Assembly: GCA_002269645.1 (NCBI GenBank)
Contig: NIVC01003940.1
Coordinates: 4,647 to 68,646, forward strand
Direction: 5' to 3'
DNA from: Macrostomum lignano
Taxonomy: Eukaryota
Length of the DNA stretch: 64,000 nt
Position 1 is the stretch's first letter. Each line of letters opens with the position of its first letter. Below are positions 1-10,943 of this stretch, piece by piece. The notes under the pieces were generated by a model. The model saw nothing but the letters and a program-made list of their open reading frames with translations, ran no database searches and was not told the DNA's origin. Position numbers and translations under genes: made by a program.

Positions 1-1542
1 GAAGCCCTGTTTGGCGGCCGCACCGAGGCCTTTGTTCCGCACGCCGAGGCCACTGACACTGTGGAGCTGCGCTATAGGGATGTGGTAAGTTTTTTCAAAA
101 TTTCTCACACACACGCACACACACAGTTGACTTGCGTTTGAGTTTAGCCTACTCGACTAAGGTGTCGCTCTACCCGACTGTCAACAAGTTTGACAAGTAC
201 CCTGTCGGGCACCCGGTTCACCACCCCGAGCCTCATCTACTGGATGAGCAGCAGCTGGCTCGGTATTTTGGCATCGCCGAGGTGTCGATTCTGCCGCCAA
301 CCAATCTTCACATCCCGCTACTGCCCGCCAAGATTAGTAAGAAGCTTGTTTTTGGCCTCTGCCGCGTCTGCATGGAGACACAGTGCAGCAGCGAGTGTAC
401 ACACACTGACGCTGAGAGAATGCTACGCGGCACGTGGTCGACCCCAGAGCTCCACAAAGCCCTGCAGTTGGGTTACAAGCTGCAGTTAGTTCATGCCCTG
501 GCGTATTGGACCGAGACTCGGTCCGGGCTGTTTGCAGATTATGTAAACACCTTTTTGAAGCTCAACGCCGAGTCTAGCGGTTCGCCGGGGATGACTGAGG
601 GCGCCAAGGCTGCCTACATGGCCAGCTTTTTCGAGCGCGAAGGTGTCCGGCTTGACAAGGTGGAAGAGAACCCTGGTCTGCGCTTTGTGGCCAAGATTTT
701 TTTAAACTCGTAAGTTGGGGAGACCGTGTTTTTCTACTTACAGTAGCCAGATATACTAACTGCTAAAATTTATTTTTCCCTGCAGGCTCTGGGCAAATTC
801 TGCCAGCGCGACGACTTGACCTCCACAGAGATTGTGGACAGCTACGAGGCGTGGCTCCAGCGTCTGACAGACCCCTCCATCAAGTTCAAGTCGTGCGAGC
901 CTGTTGGGGAGAGCTTCATGATGCTCGAGTATAAGCCCCGATTTGGCGGTGCCAGCGAGCGAGCATTTAAGTACGCCAATGTACCAATTGGCGTTTTCAC
1001 CACCTCCCATGCCCCGCTGCGACTCTACGAGGCTCTGGAGGGGCTAGGACCAGAGTCATTTACGCCGATACCGATTCGTAAGTAATTTTTTCACTGTCTC
1101 TGTCTCTCTTTCTCCCCCAACACTTTTTTATCCTCCTCCTCCTCCCAGGGTCGTATACCGGTGCTCTCCGGGCGAGTACGAGCCTCCGGGCGGTTCGAGT
1201 TTGGGGCAGTGGACTGACGAGGTACCTGCCGGCTGCCGTATGGTACAGTTCACCACTGGGGGCCCCAAGCTCTACCGCTATGTGGTGGAGAAGCCCGACG
1301 GGTCGGTGTACTCGGTACTCAAGTGCAAGGGCATCCGAGTCACACCCGAGATTTCCGAGCGCGAGGACGAGCTGCAGGAAATTCTGCGCCACGGCTGCTC
1401 TGTACGCCTGCCCCAGGTCCAGTTCAGGCGCGATATGGCTAGCTGTACAATCAGGACCCTGGAGATGGACAAGACTTTCCAGCGAGTAATGACTAAGAGA
1501 GTGTATGGGGCCGCCAGCCGTCCGTATGGCTTTCGGGAGTGA
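1..1542 (+). CDS. Protein-primed family B DNA polymerase (DNA_pol_B_2, Polinton/Maverick/adintovirus type), 3' part. Exons <1-84, 162-709, 786-1077, 1149-1542; two 1-nt deletions (~791, ~1050) as given
   Basis: The spliced translation gives EALFGGRTE, YRDV|VSLYPTVNK..YPVGHP (motif A), LCRVC..C.H, NPGLRFVAKIFLNS|LWGKF (motif B), VIYADTDS|VVY (motif C), LGQWTDE, GGPKLY and KCKG. Introns 85-161, 710-785 and 1078-1148 are all GTAAGT...AG. Confidence 0.9.
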
Positions 1543-1643
1543 GTGATAACGATCTGTCTTAGGGGAGCGGTTTTCGTGAGTGATAAGGATCGGTCTTTGT
1601 ACGTCTCCCAGCCTGGGATTCCCCTATGTGCACACTTGGGATC

Positions 1644-1734
1644 CCTTCAAGTGTTAAAACTCCCATTTGACACCTCCAACCCCCTGTACATTGAGCGGGA
1701 TTCCTTCAAGTGTTAAAACTCCCATTTGACACCT
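1644..1734. repeat. Two exact 32-bp direct repeats (period 59)
   Basis: CCTTCAAGTGTTAAAACTCCCATTTGACACCT at 1644-1675 and 1703-1734. Confidence 0.9.
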
Positions 1735-2154
1735 ATTCCCCCGGGGCGGTTTGTAGCCCGTTGGTCCACCTCTTGGAGTAGAACTCCTGCAAAACGGACA
1801 TAAACTGCTGCGCCGATTAGCGTCCCGATAGCGCAATCGAAATACGTTTCCGCTCCCGAGCCCTCTCACGGGTTCAATCGGGCTGAAAGATTTTGACGCG
1901 TTCAAAAGCGTCGTGATAATAATATATTGTGGGTTAGGGCGGCTAAAACCTCCCTTTTGTTTTTTGTTTAATGCACCTGTGGGCTAGACAATTGCAGCAA
2001 TATTTACACCTGCAGCACCTACGTTTGTATAGCTTTATTAATCTGATATGTTTCAAAAGTGAATATTCTTTATACATATGAGTCTGTATTATACAACTAT
2101 ATATTTACGCCTGCTGATATTTGCACTCGCGCATGCATACCATTATTAATCCGA

Positions 2155-2250
2155 TATGTATCGAAAGTACACTTTGTAAACCTGCTTTATACATTAAACT
2201 GCTATGTATCGAAAGTAGACTTTGTAAACCTGCTTTATACATTAATCTGA
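2155..2250. repeat. 48-bp tandem duplication
   Basis: TATGTATCGAAAGTA(C/G)ACTTTGTAAACCTGCTTTATACATTAA.. at 2155 and 2203. Confidence 0.85.
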
Positions 2251-2529
2251 TATGTTCTTTACGCTTTATACACACATGTATTGAAAGTAAGTCTGCATTA
2301 TACTTGTATCTACCTGTGTTTTATTAGCGCCTACTACACTAATATTGATTTTGTCTGCTTTACCGTCTGTCAATATATCGATAATATGCACCTACATTGT
2401 GTGTTTTTTTGCTGCTCATATACCTATTATGCGCCATTATTCACGCCTACCAATATGTTTTATCTACTTTTTTATGTAAATATACTCAATTTCGCCTACT
2501 ATAAGTAGTTTTCACTAGCCTAATATCAT

Positions 2530-2790
2530 TGACTACATATCGGTGTACACATACATATCGGGAGAGTGTACTGGGGAGAGTGTACTGGGAAGAGTGTACT
2601 GGGGAGAGTGTACACTCGGGGTGCCTGCGGCATACATATCGGGGTACATATCGGGAGAGTGCGCATACATGTCGGGAGGGTCGCCTGCGGCTGGACGGCG
2701 CTTGGCGCCACGCGCCTGCGGCGCGCGCGCGCCGAGCGCCGATATCGATACGCGTATCGATCACCTAGTGATCGGGGCGCCAGCCAATGA
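2530..2790. repeat. GC-rich block: 14-bp GGG(G/A)AGAGTGTACT repeats, TACATATCGG repeats, (GC)6 and nested palindromes
   Basis: About 4 copies of the 14-mer at ~2560-2615; perfect 18-bp palindrome ATCGATACGCGTATCGAT at 2744-2761; GATCAC-CTA-GTGATC at 2759-2773. Confidence 0.85.
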
Positions 2791-3491
2791 GAGGCGAGGA
2801 GGGTTGACACCCACCTCACCTCCAAAATCAACGGAAACGGGGTTGTATAGTAGTGAGGTAGACCCAAAGTAGTGAGAGACCATATTTAAAATATTTCACT
2901 ATGTACCCAAGGCCGGGCAATTTGAGGCCGCGGAGGCAATAGAGCTTGTGCATGTGGGAGAAATAATTTCTCTACACGGAGCCAGCGTGCCTGAGGCCGC
3001 CTGCTGGGGGAGAGATTTTCTCTCTCGAAGTCAGCGTGCTCGGGGGTCGCGTGCATGGGAGAGAGAAGTAGCTATTATTATTATTCCATAATTATGAAAT
3101 CAGTGAGGTTTGAATACCAGATTTCATGTTTTCTAGTAGAAGTTAATCTCAGTTTTTCAGGGCATTTTTTTCTCGAATACTGTGTTGGGATAGCTATTTC
3201 AGCCATAAGAGCTTTGTACGTCAATCGATTTTAGTATATGTTGATCTAAGGGGGATTTGGTTGTCCCAGAAGCCCCATCATGACAACTACTATCCCGTTT
3301 AGATCAGTAGTTAAAATTATGACGATGAGGTAGTTGGTTTTTGGTATTAGGGCATGATGTTTAAATAGATTTTAGTACTCGTAGATAATGATTTTTTGTT
3401 GCACCAGAAAAGGGGTAGTGGTTTTTTTCCCGAAACTTTGCGGAGGGAATTTGCACCAGAACTCCCCTCATGACAACTTAGTGTCATAGTG

Positions 3492-3678
3492 GGTGTGTGT
3501 GTCTGAGTGAGTGAGTGAGTGAGTGTGTGTGTGTGTGTGTGTGTCAATCTTGTGTGTTTGCAAAGTGTCTGCCTGTCTATCTGTCTTTCTCTGTCTGTCT
3601 GTCTGTCTTTCTGTCTGTCTGTCTGTCTGTCTATCTGTCTTTCTGTCTGTCTGTCTGCCTGTCTATCTGTCTTTCTCT

Positions 3679-3712
<34 letters not shown>

Positions 3713-3777
3713 CTGTCTGTCTGTCCGTCTGTCTGTCCGTCTGTCTGTCTGTCTGTCTGGGTGTCTGTCTGTCTGGG

Positions 3778-3808
<31 letters not shown>

Positions 3809-3851
3809 GTGTCTGTCTGTCTGTGTGTCTGTCCGTCTGTCTGTCTGTCTG

Positions 3852-3900
<49 letters not shown>

Positions 3901-3901
3901 A

Positions 3902-3943
<42 letters not shown>

Positions 3944-3980
3944 GTCTGTCTGTCTGTCTGTCTGTCTGTCTGCCTGTCTT

Positions 3981-4012
<32 letters not shown>

Positions 4013-4030
4013 ACTGACTGTCTGTCTGAC

Positions 4031-4090
<60 letters not shown>

Positions 4091-4110
4091 CATCTATCTG
4101 TCTGTGTGTT
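3492..4110. repeat. (GT)n/(GAGT)n followed by a ~550-bp (CTGT)n microsatellite
   Basis: Read directly. Confidence 0.97.
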
Positions 4111-5580
4111 TAGTTAGCAAACGCACGCACTCGTTTCTCTTTTTTCCGGACGCGCGCCCAACGGCGGCCCGCCCGCTTTTTATCTCAATCGCCTTAATTG
4201 TGGCCTCAGTCGTCTCAAACGGACAGACATGGGTCGCCGTTGGTGGCGCCTCCGGCCTTGGGGCCGCCGTTGCTCCCGCTGCTTTTTTTCGCTCTGCTGT
4301 CATTTAGCTGCAAATGGTTACAGAAATTCTAGTGAGTGTTTTTATATAATACCCGTGATTTTTGGCCAACCGTGCTTTTGTAAACAGGGTTGTCTGTCTT
4401 CTGCACCACGTAGAGGTCATCACAACGCAGGAGTGGTGATCTGGATGTTTGCAAAGTGACCATAAATACCCCAGAAAATTATGCAAAAATGAACTGTTAA
4501 GTAGACAGAGTCACAGCAATGAACCAGATCTTCTGCCACAGCATTTTCTGCAAAGCGGCCAGTCTTGCAAGAGACTGTAGGATTTCTTTACTTAGCATAA
4601 AATCGGTGATTTTAAGTTTAAAAAAGACTCCAAAAAGTTTTTTGTCGGCTCCAAGGACTAATTAACAACTACTTAACTACTTAACTTACTTAACGTGTTA
4701 AGTAGTCCTTGATTGGCTCTTAATTCGAATCAATACACGCTTAAGTAGCAGTTGAGCGGCCGAATAAAGTGATACTCTGAGCATTCGGATTGGCTGTTGT
4801 CTCTAAAGCTGAATGAGACGTGCCTGTCAGATTACTGTTAGCACTTGCGCTGCTGGATGTTGCGTTAGTCAGTACAGCAGGAGCTCCCTGCGGCTGCGCT
4901 TCCACTGTTGCACTGCTTCCATCCAGTGACGGAGGAAAAAAAACGTGTCGATAAGCGCTGATTCCAGGTCCAAGCTCGATGTCGTCAGAAATGCTACTGT
5001 AGTTATCAATCTCATCAGATTTGTCTGCCGATATTTTCGTTTCAGCTCTCGTGGCAGGTGTAGCAGCGCTCGGTAATTGACAAATACCAACTCAGTATTT
5101 TCCAACTGTTCGGCCACCTGAACGCATTCTGCCCTGTTTAAATGATGGGGTGATTTAAAGTCGAGAGAATCTGCCGCATGCAAACCTGGTATTGTTTCGC
5201 TTGTCACTCTCCATTTGCTTCCAGGGAATGGGGCCTCTATTTCAAGCTCTCTTGAAAGCACTTCTGCCGCAGCTTCCATTCAGGTTTGAGCAGCGATTTT
5301 ATCTTCTTGATAATATTCCTCTCCTTTCTTGATTACTTTAGAAAGCTGTTTCACCGTTGCAGGTAATTCTCATCTCATCTGTTGGTATGGCTGGAGTGCT
5401 GGTGTCGTCTATTAATTTGTTTGCCCTGCTGAGCAGAGCCAGTCGTACATCGGTAAGACTGATCGACACAGGTGTGATCGACACCTGTACACTAGGATCG
5501 AGGAGCACCGCAAAAAGGCGAGAGCGATTCATGACCAGCTGCTAATGCGCTACGCGTGTGCCGACATCAAACATGATCAA

Positions 5581-5718
5581 AAGTTTAAAATTATTGATCG
5601 GATTTGACACCACCACAAACTAAATGTGTTGGAAGCCCTGTACATCAAACAGTTAAAGCCTACCCTGAATGTACAACTGACAGGAAGGGGGGCTAGCACT
5701 ATCCTTAGAATTTTTTGA
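5581..5718 (+). mobile_element. Penelope-like element 3' remnant (GIY-YIG endonuclease C-terminus)
   Basis: Translates KFKIIDRI*HHHKLNVLEALYIKQLKPTLNVQ, matching the LEALYI...P.LN.Q ending of PLE endonucleases. Confidence 0.65.
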
Positions 5719-6227
5719 CTATCCTACGGCTACTTAAACCTGGTTTTTAAACTCTTGGCCCGTACTTTCAAATTATTACAAAATATTGTCACCTGACCAT
5801 GCTGACAGTTACAGCGAAACATGTTGTGAATAAAATAAAATAAAATATTTTCGTCTTAATATTTGTCAACAATATCTATTGTTGTAAAGAATGCAAATGT
5901 TTACAATTATATTCTTGTTTTTGTGTATTTCTTAAGCGAAGCAGCATTCCTAAAATTTACTTTTAATAAAAGTTTACTCACTTGCAACGCTGTGCTCGCT
6001 CTTAAACTGTTGGACTGTCCTATCAACCGTATCTGAGGGGAAACAACAGGGAATTTTGCTGTTGTCAGTAAAAGAGTGAACGGTGTAATAAACAAAACTC
6101 AAATCAAATGACGCTCACTCAGATCAAATGTCACCTGACAGTGTTGCCCCGACTCTTGGCTCGCAACAATCGCATGGGCAATAAAAAATCGCAGCTACTT
6201 CGAAATAAAAAACATTGCTTTGAGCAT

Positions 6228-9112
6228 GATTCTTACCCCGAGAATCTCACAATTCTAACCCCCAGAACCTCGCCATTCATACCCCCCAGAATCTCACGAT
6301 TTTACACCCATAATCTCAAGATTCTTAACCCCAGAATCTCACGATTCTTACCCCCAGAATCTCACGATTCTTACCCCCAGAATCTCACGATTCTTACCCT
6401 AGAATCTTATGATTCTTACCCCCAGAATCTCACGATTCTTACCCTAGAATCTTATGATTCTTACCCCCAGAATCTCACGATTCTTACCCCCAGAATCTCA
6501 CGATTCTTACCCCCAGAATCTCATGATTCTTACCCCCAGAATCTCACGATTCTTACCCCCAGAATCTCACGATACTTACCCCGAAAATCTCACGATTCTT
6601 ACCCCCAGAATCTCACGATTCATACCCCCCAGAATCTCACGATTTTACACCCATAATCTCACGATTCTTAACCCCAGAATCTCGGGATTCTTACCTTCAG
6701 AATCTCGGCATTCTTACCCCCATAATCTCACGATTCTTACCCCAAGAATCTCACGATTCTTACCCCCAGAATCTCACGATTCTTACCCCAATAATCTCAC
6801 GATTCCTAGCTCCAGAACCTCATGATTCTTACCCCCTTGACTTACTTGACTTAGCTGCAGGGGGCGTCCGGCGGATGCAGCGAGGAGGTGGAGGAGACCG
6901 CCCATTCCGCTAGCCCCTGGCGACCAATGACTTCCATCGAAGCGATGTCGCTCAGGGGGACCCGTCGGTCTCGCCTGCAGCGCGGTCCTCCTCACCGGCG
7001 GTGGGGAAGAACTCAGCTCGTCCCGTGTCCTTGAGGTACCGGGCGAGCAGCGGGATGCTCTCAAGCCTGCAAACGTCGGAGAGAACCGGATTTGGCCCGA
7101 GGTGAGTGAGCCTGGCCCTGGTGAAAACCGGGCACTGGCAGATAAAGTGCTCGGCGTTTTCACTGCCTGAGCGGCAGTAGGTGCACCGCTCCTCGGGTAC
7201 TTGGCCCTGAAGGAAACAGTGGCGAGAGAAAGAGCCATGCCCGGAGAGGGCCGCGGGAGTTGATCACCGAGGCGGGGATGGGGGCTCCCGGGCCCGGCCC
7301 CAGCAGCGCGCCGGCGGAGCCAGCCTTGGCCAGCAGGTCAGCGCGCTCGTTGCCGAGGAAGCCGGCGTGGCCCGGGATCCATCTCAGCTCCACCTGGTTG
7401 CCTAGCGCAAGCCCGTTGAGCTTGGTGTTGCAGTCCAGGACGGACCTGGAGCTGGCGGTGCTGCGGCGGAGGGCCCGAAGGGCTGCTTGGCTGTCAGAGT
7501 GAAAAATAAATTTCCGACCGCTAAGCTGCCTTCGGCGCAGCTCTGCCGCGCAGGAGCTGATGGCAAGCACCTCGCTCTGAAAAACACTGCAGTTAAGCCC
7601 AGTGTGCTGGGAGTAGCTCCACACCACTTCTCCCTTGAAGAAGACGCAAGCTCTGAAGCCTGAAAGACCATGCCTCATAGAGCCGTCAGTGTAACTGTGG
7701 ACTTCAGAATCGCTCCAGCTGTCACTCACCTTTGGCTCAGGAGCAGGGTGGCTGGGATCGAGTCCGTGAGGATGTTGAGCCCGCCACACTCCTCGAGAGC
7801 CTTGAGGCAGAGGTCAGAGTGCGGGATAAGCAACCGCTTCTTAAAGGCCCGCACTTTCTTGAAGGCCACCCCAGCATCCAAAAGACGCCAATTCTTACCC
7901 CAAGAATCTCACGATTCTTACCCCCAGAATCTCACGATTCTTACCCCAGAATCTCACGATTTTACACCCATAATCTCAAGATTCTTAACCCCAGAATCTC
8001 ACGATTCTTACCCCATAATCTCACGATTATTTTTTCCAGAATCTCGAGATTCTTACCTTCAGAATCTCACAATTCTTACCCCCAGAATCTCACGATACTT
8101 ACCCCCAGAATCTCACGATTTTACCTTCATAATCTCACAATTCTTACCCCCAGAATCTCGGGATTCTTACCCCCATAATCTTACGATTCTTACCCCCAGA
8201 ACCTCACGATTCTTACCCCAGAATCTCACGATTCTTACCCCCAGAACCTCACCATTCTTACCCCCAGAATCTCACGATTCTTACCCCCAGAATCTCACGA
8301 TTCTTACCCCATAATCTCACGATTATTTTTTCCAGAATCTCGAGATTCTTACCTTCAGAATCTCACAATTCTTACCCCCAGAATCTCAAGATTCTTACCC
8401 CCAGAATCTCACGATTCTTACCCCCAGAATCCCACGATTTTACCTTCATAATCTCACAATTCTTACCCCCAGAATCTCACGATTCTTACCCCAGAATCTC
8501 ACGATTATTTTTCCCAGAATCCCGGGATTCTTACCTTCAGAATCTCACAATTCTTACCCCCAGAATCTCACGATACTTACCCCCAGAATCTCACGATTTT
8601 ACCTTCATAATCTCACAATTCTTACCCCCAGAATCTCGGGATTCTTACCCCCATAATCTTACGATTCTTACCCCCAGAACCTCACGATTCTTACCCCAGA
8701 ATCTCACGATTCTTACCCCCAGAACCTCACCATTCTTACCCCCAGAATCTCACGATTCTTACCCCCAGAATCTCACGATTCTTACCCCATAATCTCACGA
8801 TTATTTTTTCCAGAATCTCGAGATTCTTACCTTCAGAATCTCACAATTCTTACCCCCAGAATCTCAAGATTCTTACCCCCAGAATCTCACCATTCTTACC
8901 CCCAGAATCCCACGATTTTACCTTCATAATCTCACAATTCTTACCCCCAGAATCTCACGATTCTTACCCCAGAATCTCACGATTATTTTTCCCAGAATCC
9001 CGGGATTCTTACCTTCAGAATCTCACAATTCTTACCTTCAGAATCTCGGGATTCTTACCTTCAGAATCTCACCATTCTTACCCCCAGAATCTCAGGATTC
9101 TAAGGCCCAGAA
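6228..9112. repeat. 23-bp satellite (ATTCTTACCCCCAGAATCTCACG), in two arms 6228-6836 and 7891-9112
   Basis: Read directly; the second arm contains longer re-duplicated blocks. Confidence 0.95.
6837..7890 (-). mobile_element. 5'-truncated non-LTR retrotransposon (I/R1/Loa group) 3' end: RNase H plus CCHC finger, inserted in the satellite
   Basis: ORF 7160-7789 has YTDGS, FQSE, SDSQ, WIPGH and GNERAD (non-LTR RNase H). A shifted frame gives CTYCRSGSENAEHFICQCP. Minus-strand tail TAAGTCAAGTAAGTCAA at 6837-6853. Confidence 0.88.
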
Positions 9113-9329
9113 TAAAGAATCACTGCAAGATGCTGAATATGACAAACATAATCGCTCTGCTATTAAAAATCGATCAGCGATTAAAATTTGCAGGGGTGGC
9201 AACAGTGCACCTGATGAGGCTTGATGAACTTTGGCGGTTTAAAATGAGTCGGTTTTGAAGAATCGCCGCATAATCACAATAGACGATCATCTGGACGACA
9301 CTGCTAAATGGTTTGTAAAGCTGGACCCT

Positions 9330-9450
9330 GGGGAAGAAAGTATGTTGAAACTCAAAGTAGTTGAAATGAAATATTACAAAATAATGCTAAGGATTTCATG
9401 GAAAGAGAACGATCTAAATGCCTGGGTTAGGAGAAAAGTGAATTCGGGTT
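9330..9450 (+). mobile_element. Degenerate RTE-type LINE fragment
   Basis: LKVVEMKYYKIMLRISWKENDLNAWVRRKV resembles the post-RT E-M...ML-I-SW...N motif of RTE elements. Confidence 0.45.
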
Positions 9451-10712
9451 TGGAAATAATATAATAAATAAGAATCCTTCCAATATTGCAAATAAAGTTA
9501 AGTTAAAAGTAAAACAGCTAGGGTATGGAAGTCAGTGTGTAATTCAGCTTCAAGGGGGGGGGAAACTGTCTGACAGGCACAGTCTGAAACTTGGAAATTA
9601 ATGAGAGAATTGGGGGGGTTACGCTCGAATGTCAAGTGTTCAGTTAAATCAATTGAATACGCTCGCTTCGGATCAGGTTAGCGGTGTTCATATGTGCATT
9701 GAAAATGTTGAAAAAGTTTGTTTCTTGCTATGACTGCTTCTATGTGGAGATATGGATGACGTAATCGTTCTAACTGCTTGGTGAAGAGGGTTCTTTCTGA
9801 GGGAGGCTGTGCGACCCGTCAGAATGTACACTGGAAATGAGGTGAGAGAACGATTGTCAGAGAACGTGAACAGGGACGAGTGTTTGTCTCTATACATGTA
9901 CATGTACAGGTATTTGATTTGCTCGTATATGGGGTTGCTTTGTGAAATCCTATAATTCTATAATTCTAGAGATACTCGAATGGCCATGCAGTTTAATATG
10001 GCAGTTACATCAGATATTGGGGCATTTAATGTTTAGTATACTACACTGACATTTGCGAGTAGTATTATTAACATTTTTCTTGACAAAGTTTCCCAAAATT
10101 AGCTGATAAATGCATCCTACAAGTTAGTGATGAGAATAATGCTGCTGGCTGCGATGATGCACAGCAAGAATTTCTTGTGTTAGTGGGGCCGAGAGGAAGT
10201 TTGGGCAGTTTAGGCGTACAGAGCGTGAATAATGGTTTGAGCTAAATATATAGAAGCAACTCTCTCTGAGGCCTCTCGATCTCGATCAGTACTACTGAAT
10301 AGACACTTTCTGCAAAAACTGCATGGCACCACTGAGAATTCCCGCTGGGAGATGCTTGGGCCTCTTCATTGGTAACGAAACTCAAGTCATGCCTATTGAA
10401 TCCTAGTTGGGCATGTGCCGACTGAAGACTGCAGCAGCCGATGCCAGCCATTGTCTCATCGCTGCATACGTAATTAACTGCCATGCACTGCTCTTGCGGA
10501 GTTTTAAGTCTGACTTGTGACTGCGGAGAGTGGTAAATGCCTAAGTTTAGCGATCGGCTGCTAAACATGTATCTAACAAGTGTTGATGAATAAATTTTCT
10601 TCATTTCCGAAGCTGTTTATAGCATTATACCATTGATTTCGTACCCAGTCACAAATTACATGTTCTTATCCACTTAGCTAGCACAGCAGGCCATCAGAAA
10701 GCGATCTCAATC

Positions 10713-10943
10713 ACCGTCAGAAATTCGCCACACACATGTACTTCAGTGATAGGGATTCTTAACTCTCACCGTCAGATACTCGCCACACACATGTGCTTCA
10801 GTGATAGGGATTCTTAACTCTCACCGTCAGATACTCGCCACACACATGTGCTTCAGTGATAGGGATTCTTAACTCTCACCGTCAGATACTCGCCACACAC
10901 ATGTGCTTCAGTGATAGGGATTCTTAACTCTCACCGTCAGATA
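10713..10943. repeat. 55-bp minisatellite, ~4.2 copies
   Basis: ACCGTCAGATACTCGCCACACACATGTGCTTCAGTGATAGGGATTCTTAACTCTC, head to tail. Confidence 0.95.

Larger units (their letters stand above)
1..3291 (+). mobile_element. Probable end segment of a Polinton/Maverick-like element; right boundary uncertain
   Basis: pPolB gene followed by direct repeats, an AT-rich tract and a GC-rich repeat/hairpin block. ACTACT (Polinton-type 3' end) at 3286-3291, but the partner TIR and TSD are outside the window. Confidence 0.35.

Noticed and set aside
1644-1734. Repeat-spacer-repeat resembling a minimal CRISPR array
   Set aside because: Only two repeats, eukaryotic context, and no cas genes.
2845-2880. 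AGTAGT motifs as a Polinton terminus
   Set aside because: Wrong orientation for a right end, and no partner TIR or TSD is available in the window.
3515-4117. Long LSVC/DRQT ORFs (also 53051-54153 in part)
   Set aside because: They are translations of (CTGT)n, which lacks stop codons.
6108-8314. ORFs with PRISRF/ESHDSY repeats
   Set aside because: They are translations of the 23-bp satellite.
10713-10943. 55-bp array as CRISPR
   Set aside because: Head-to-tail units with no unique spacers.
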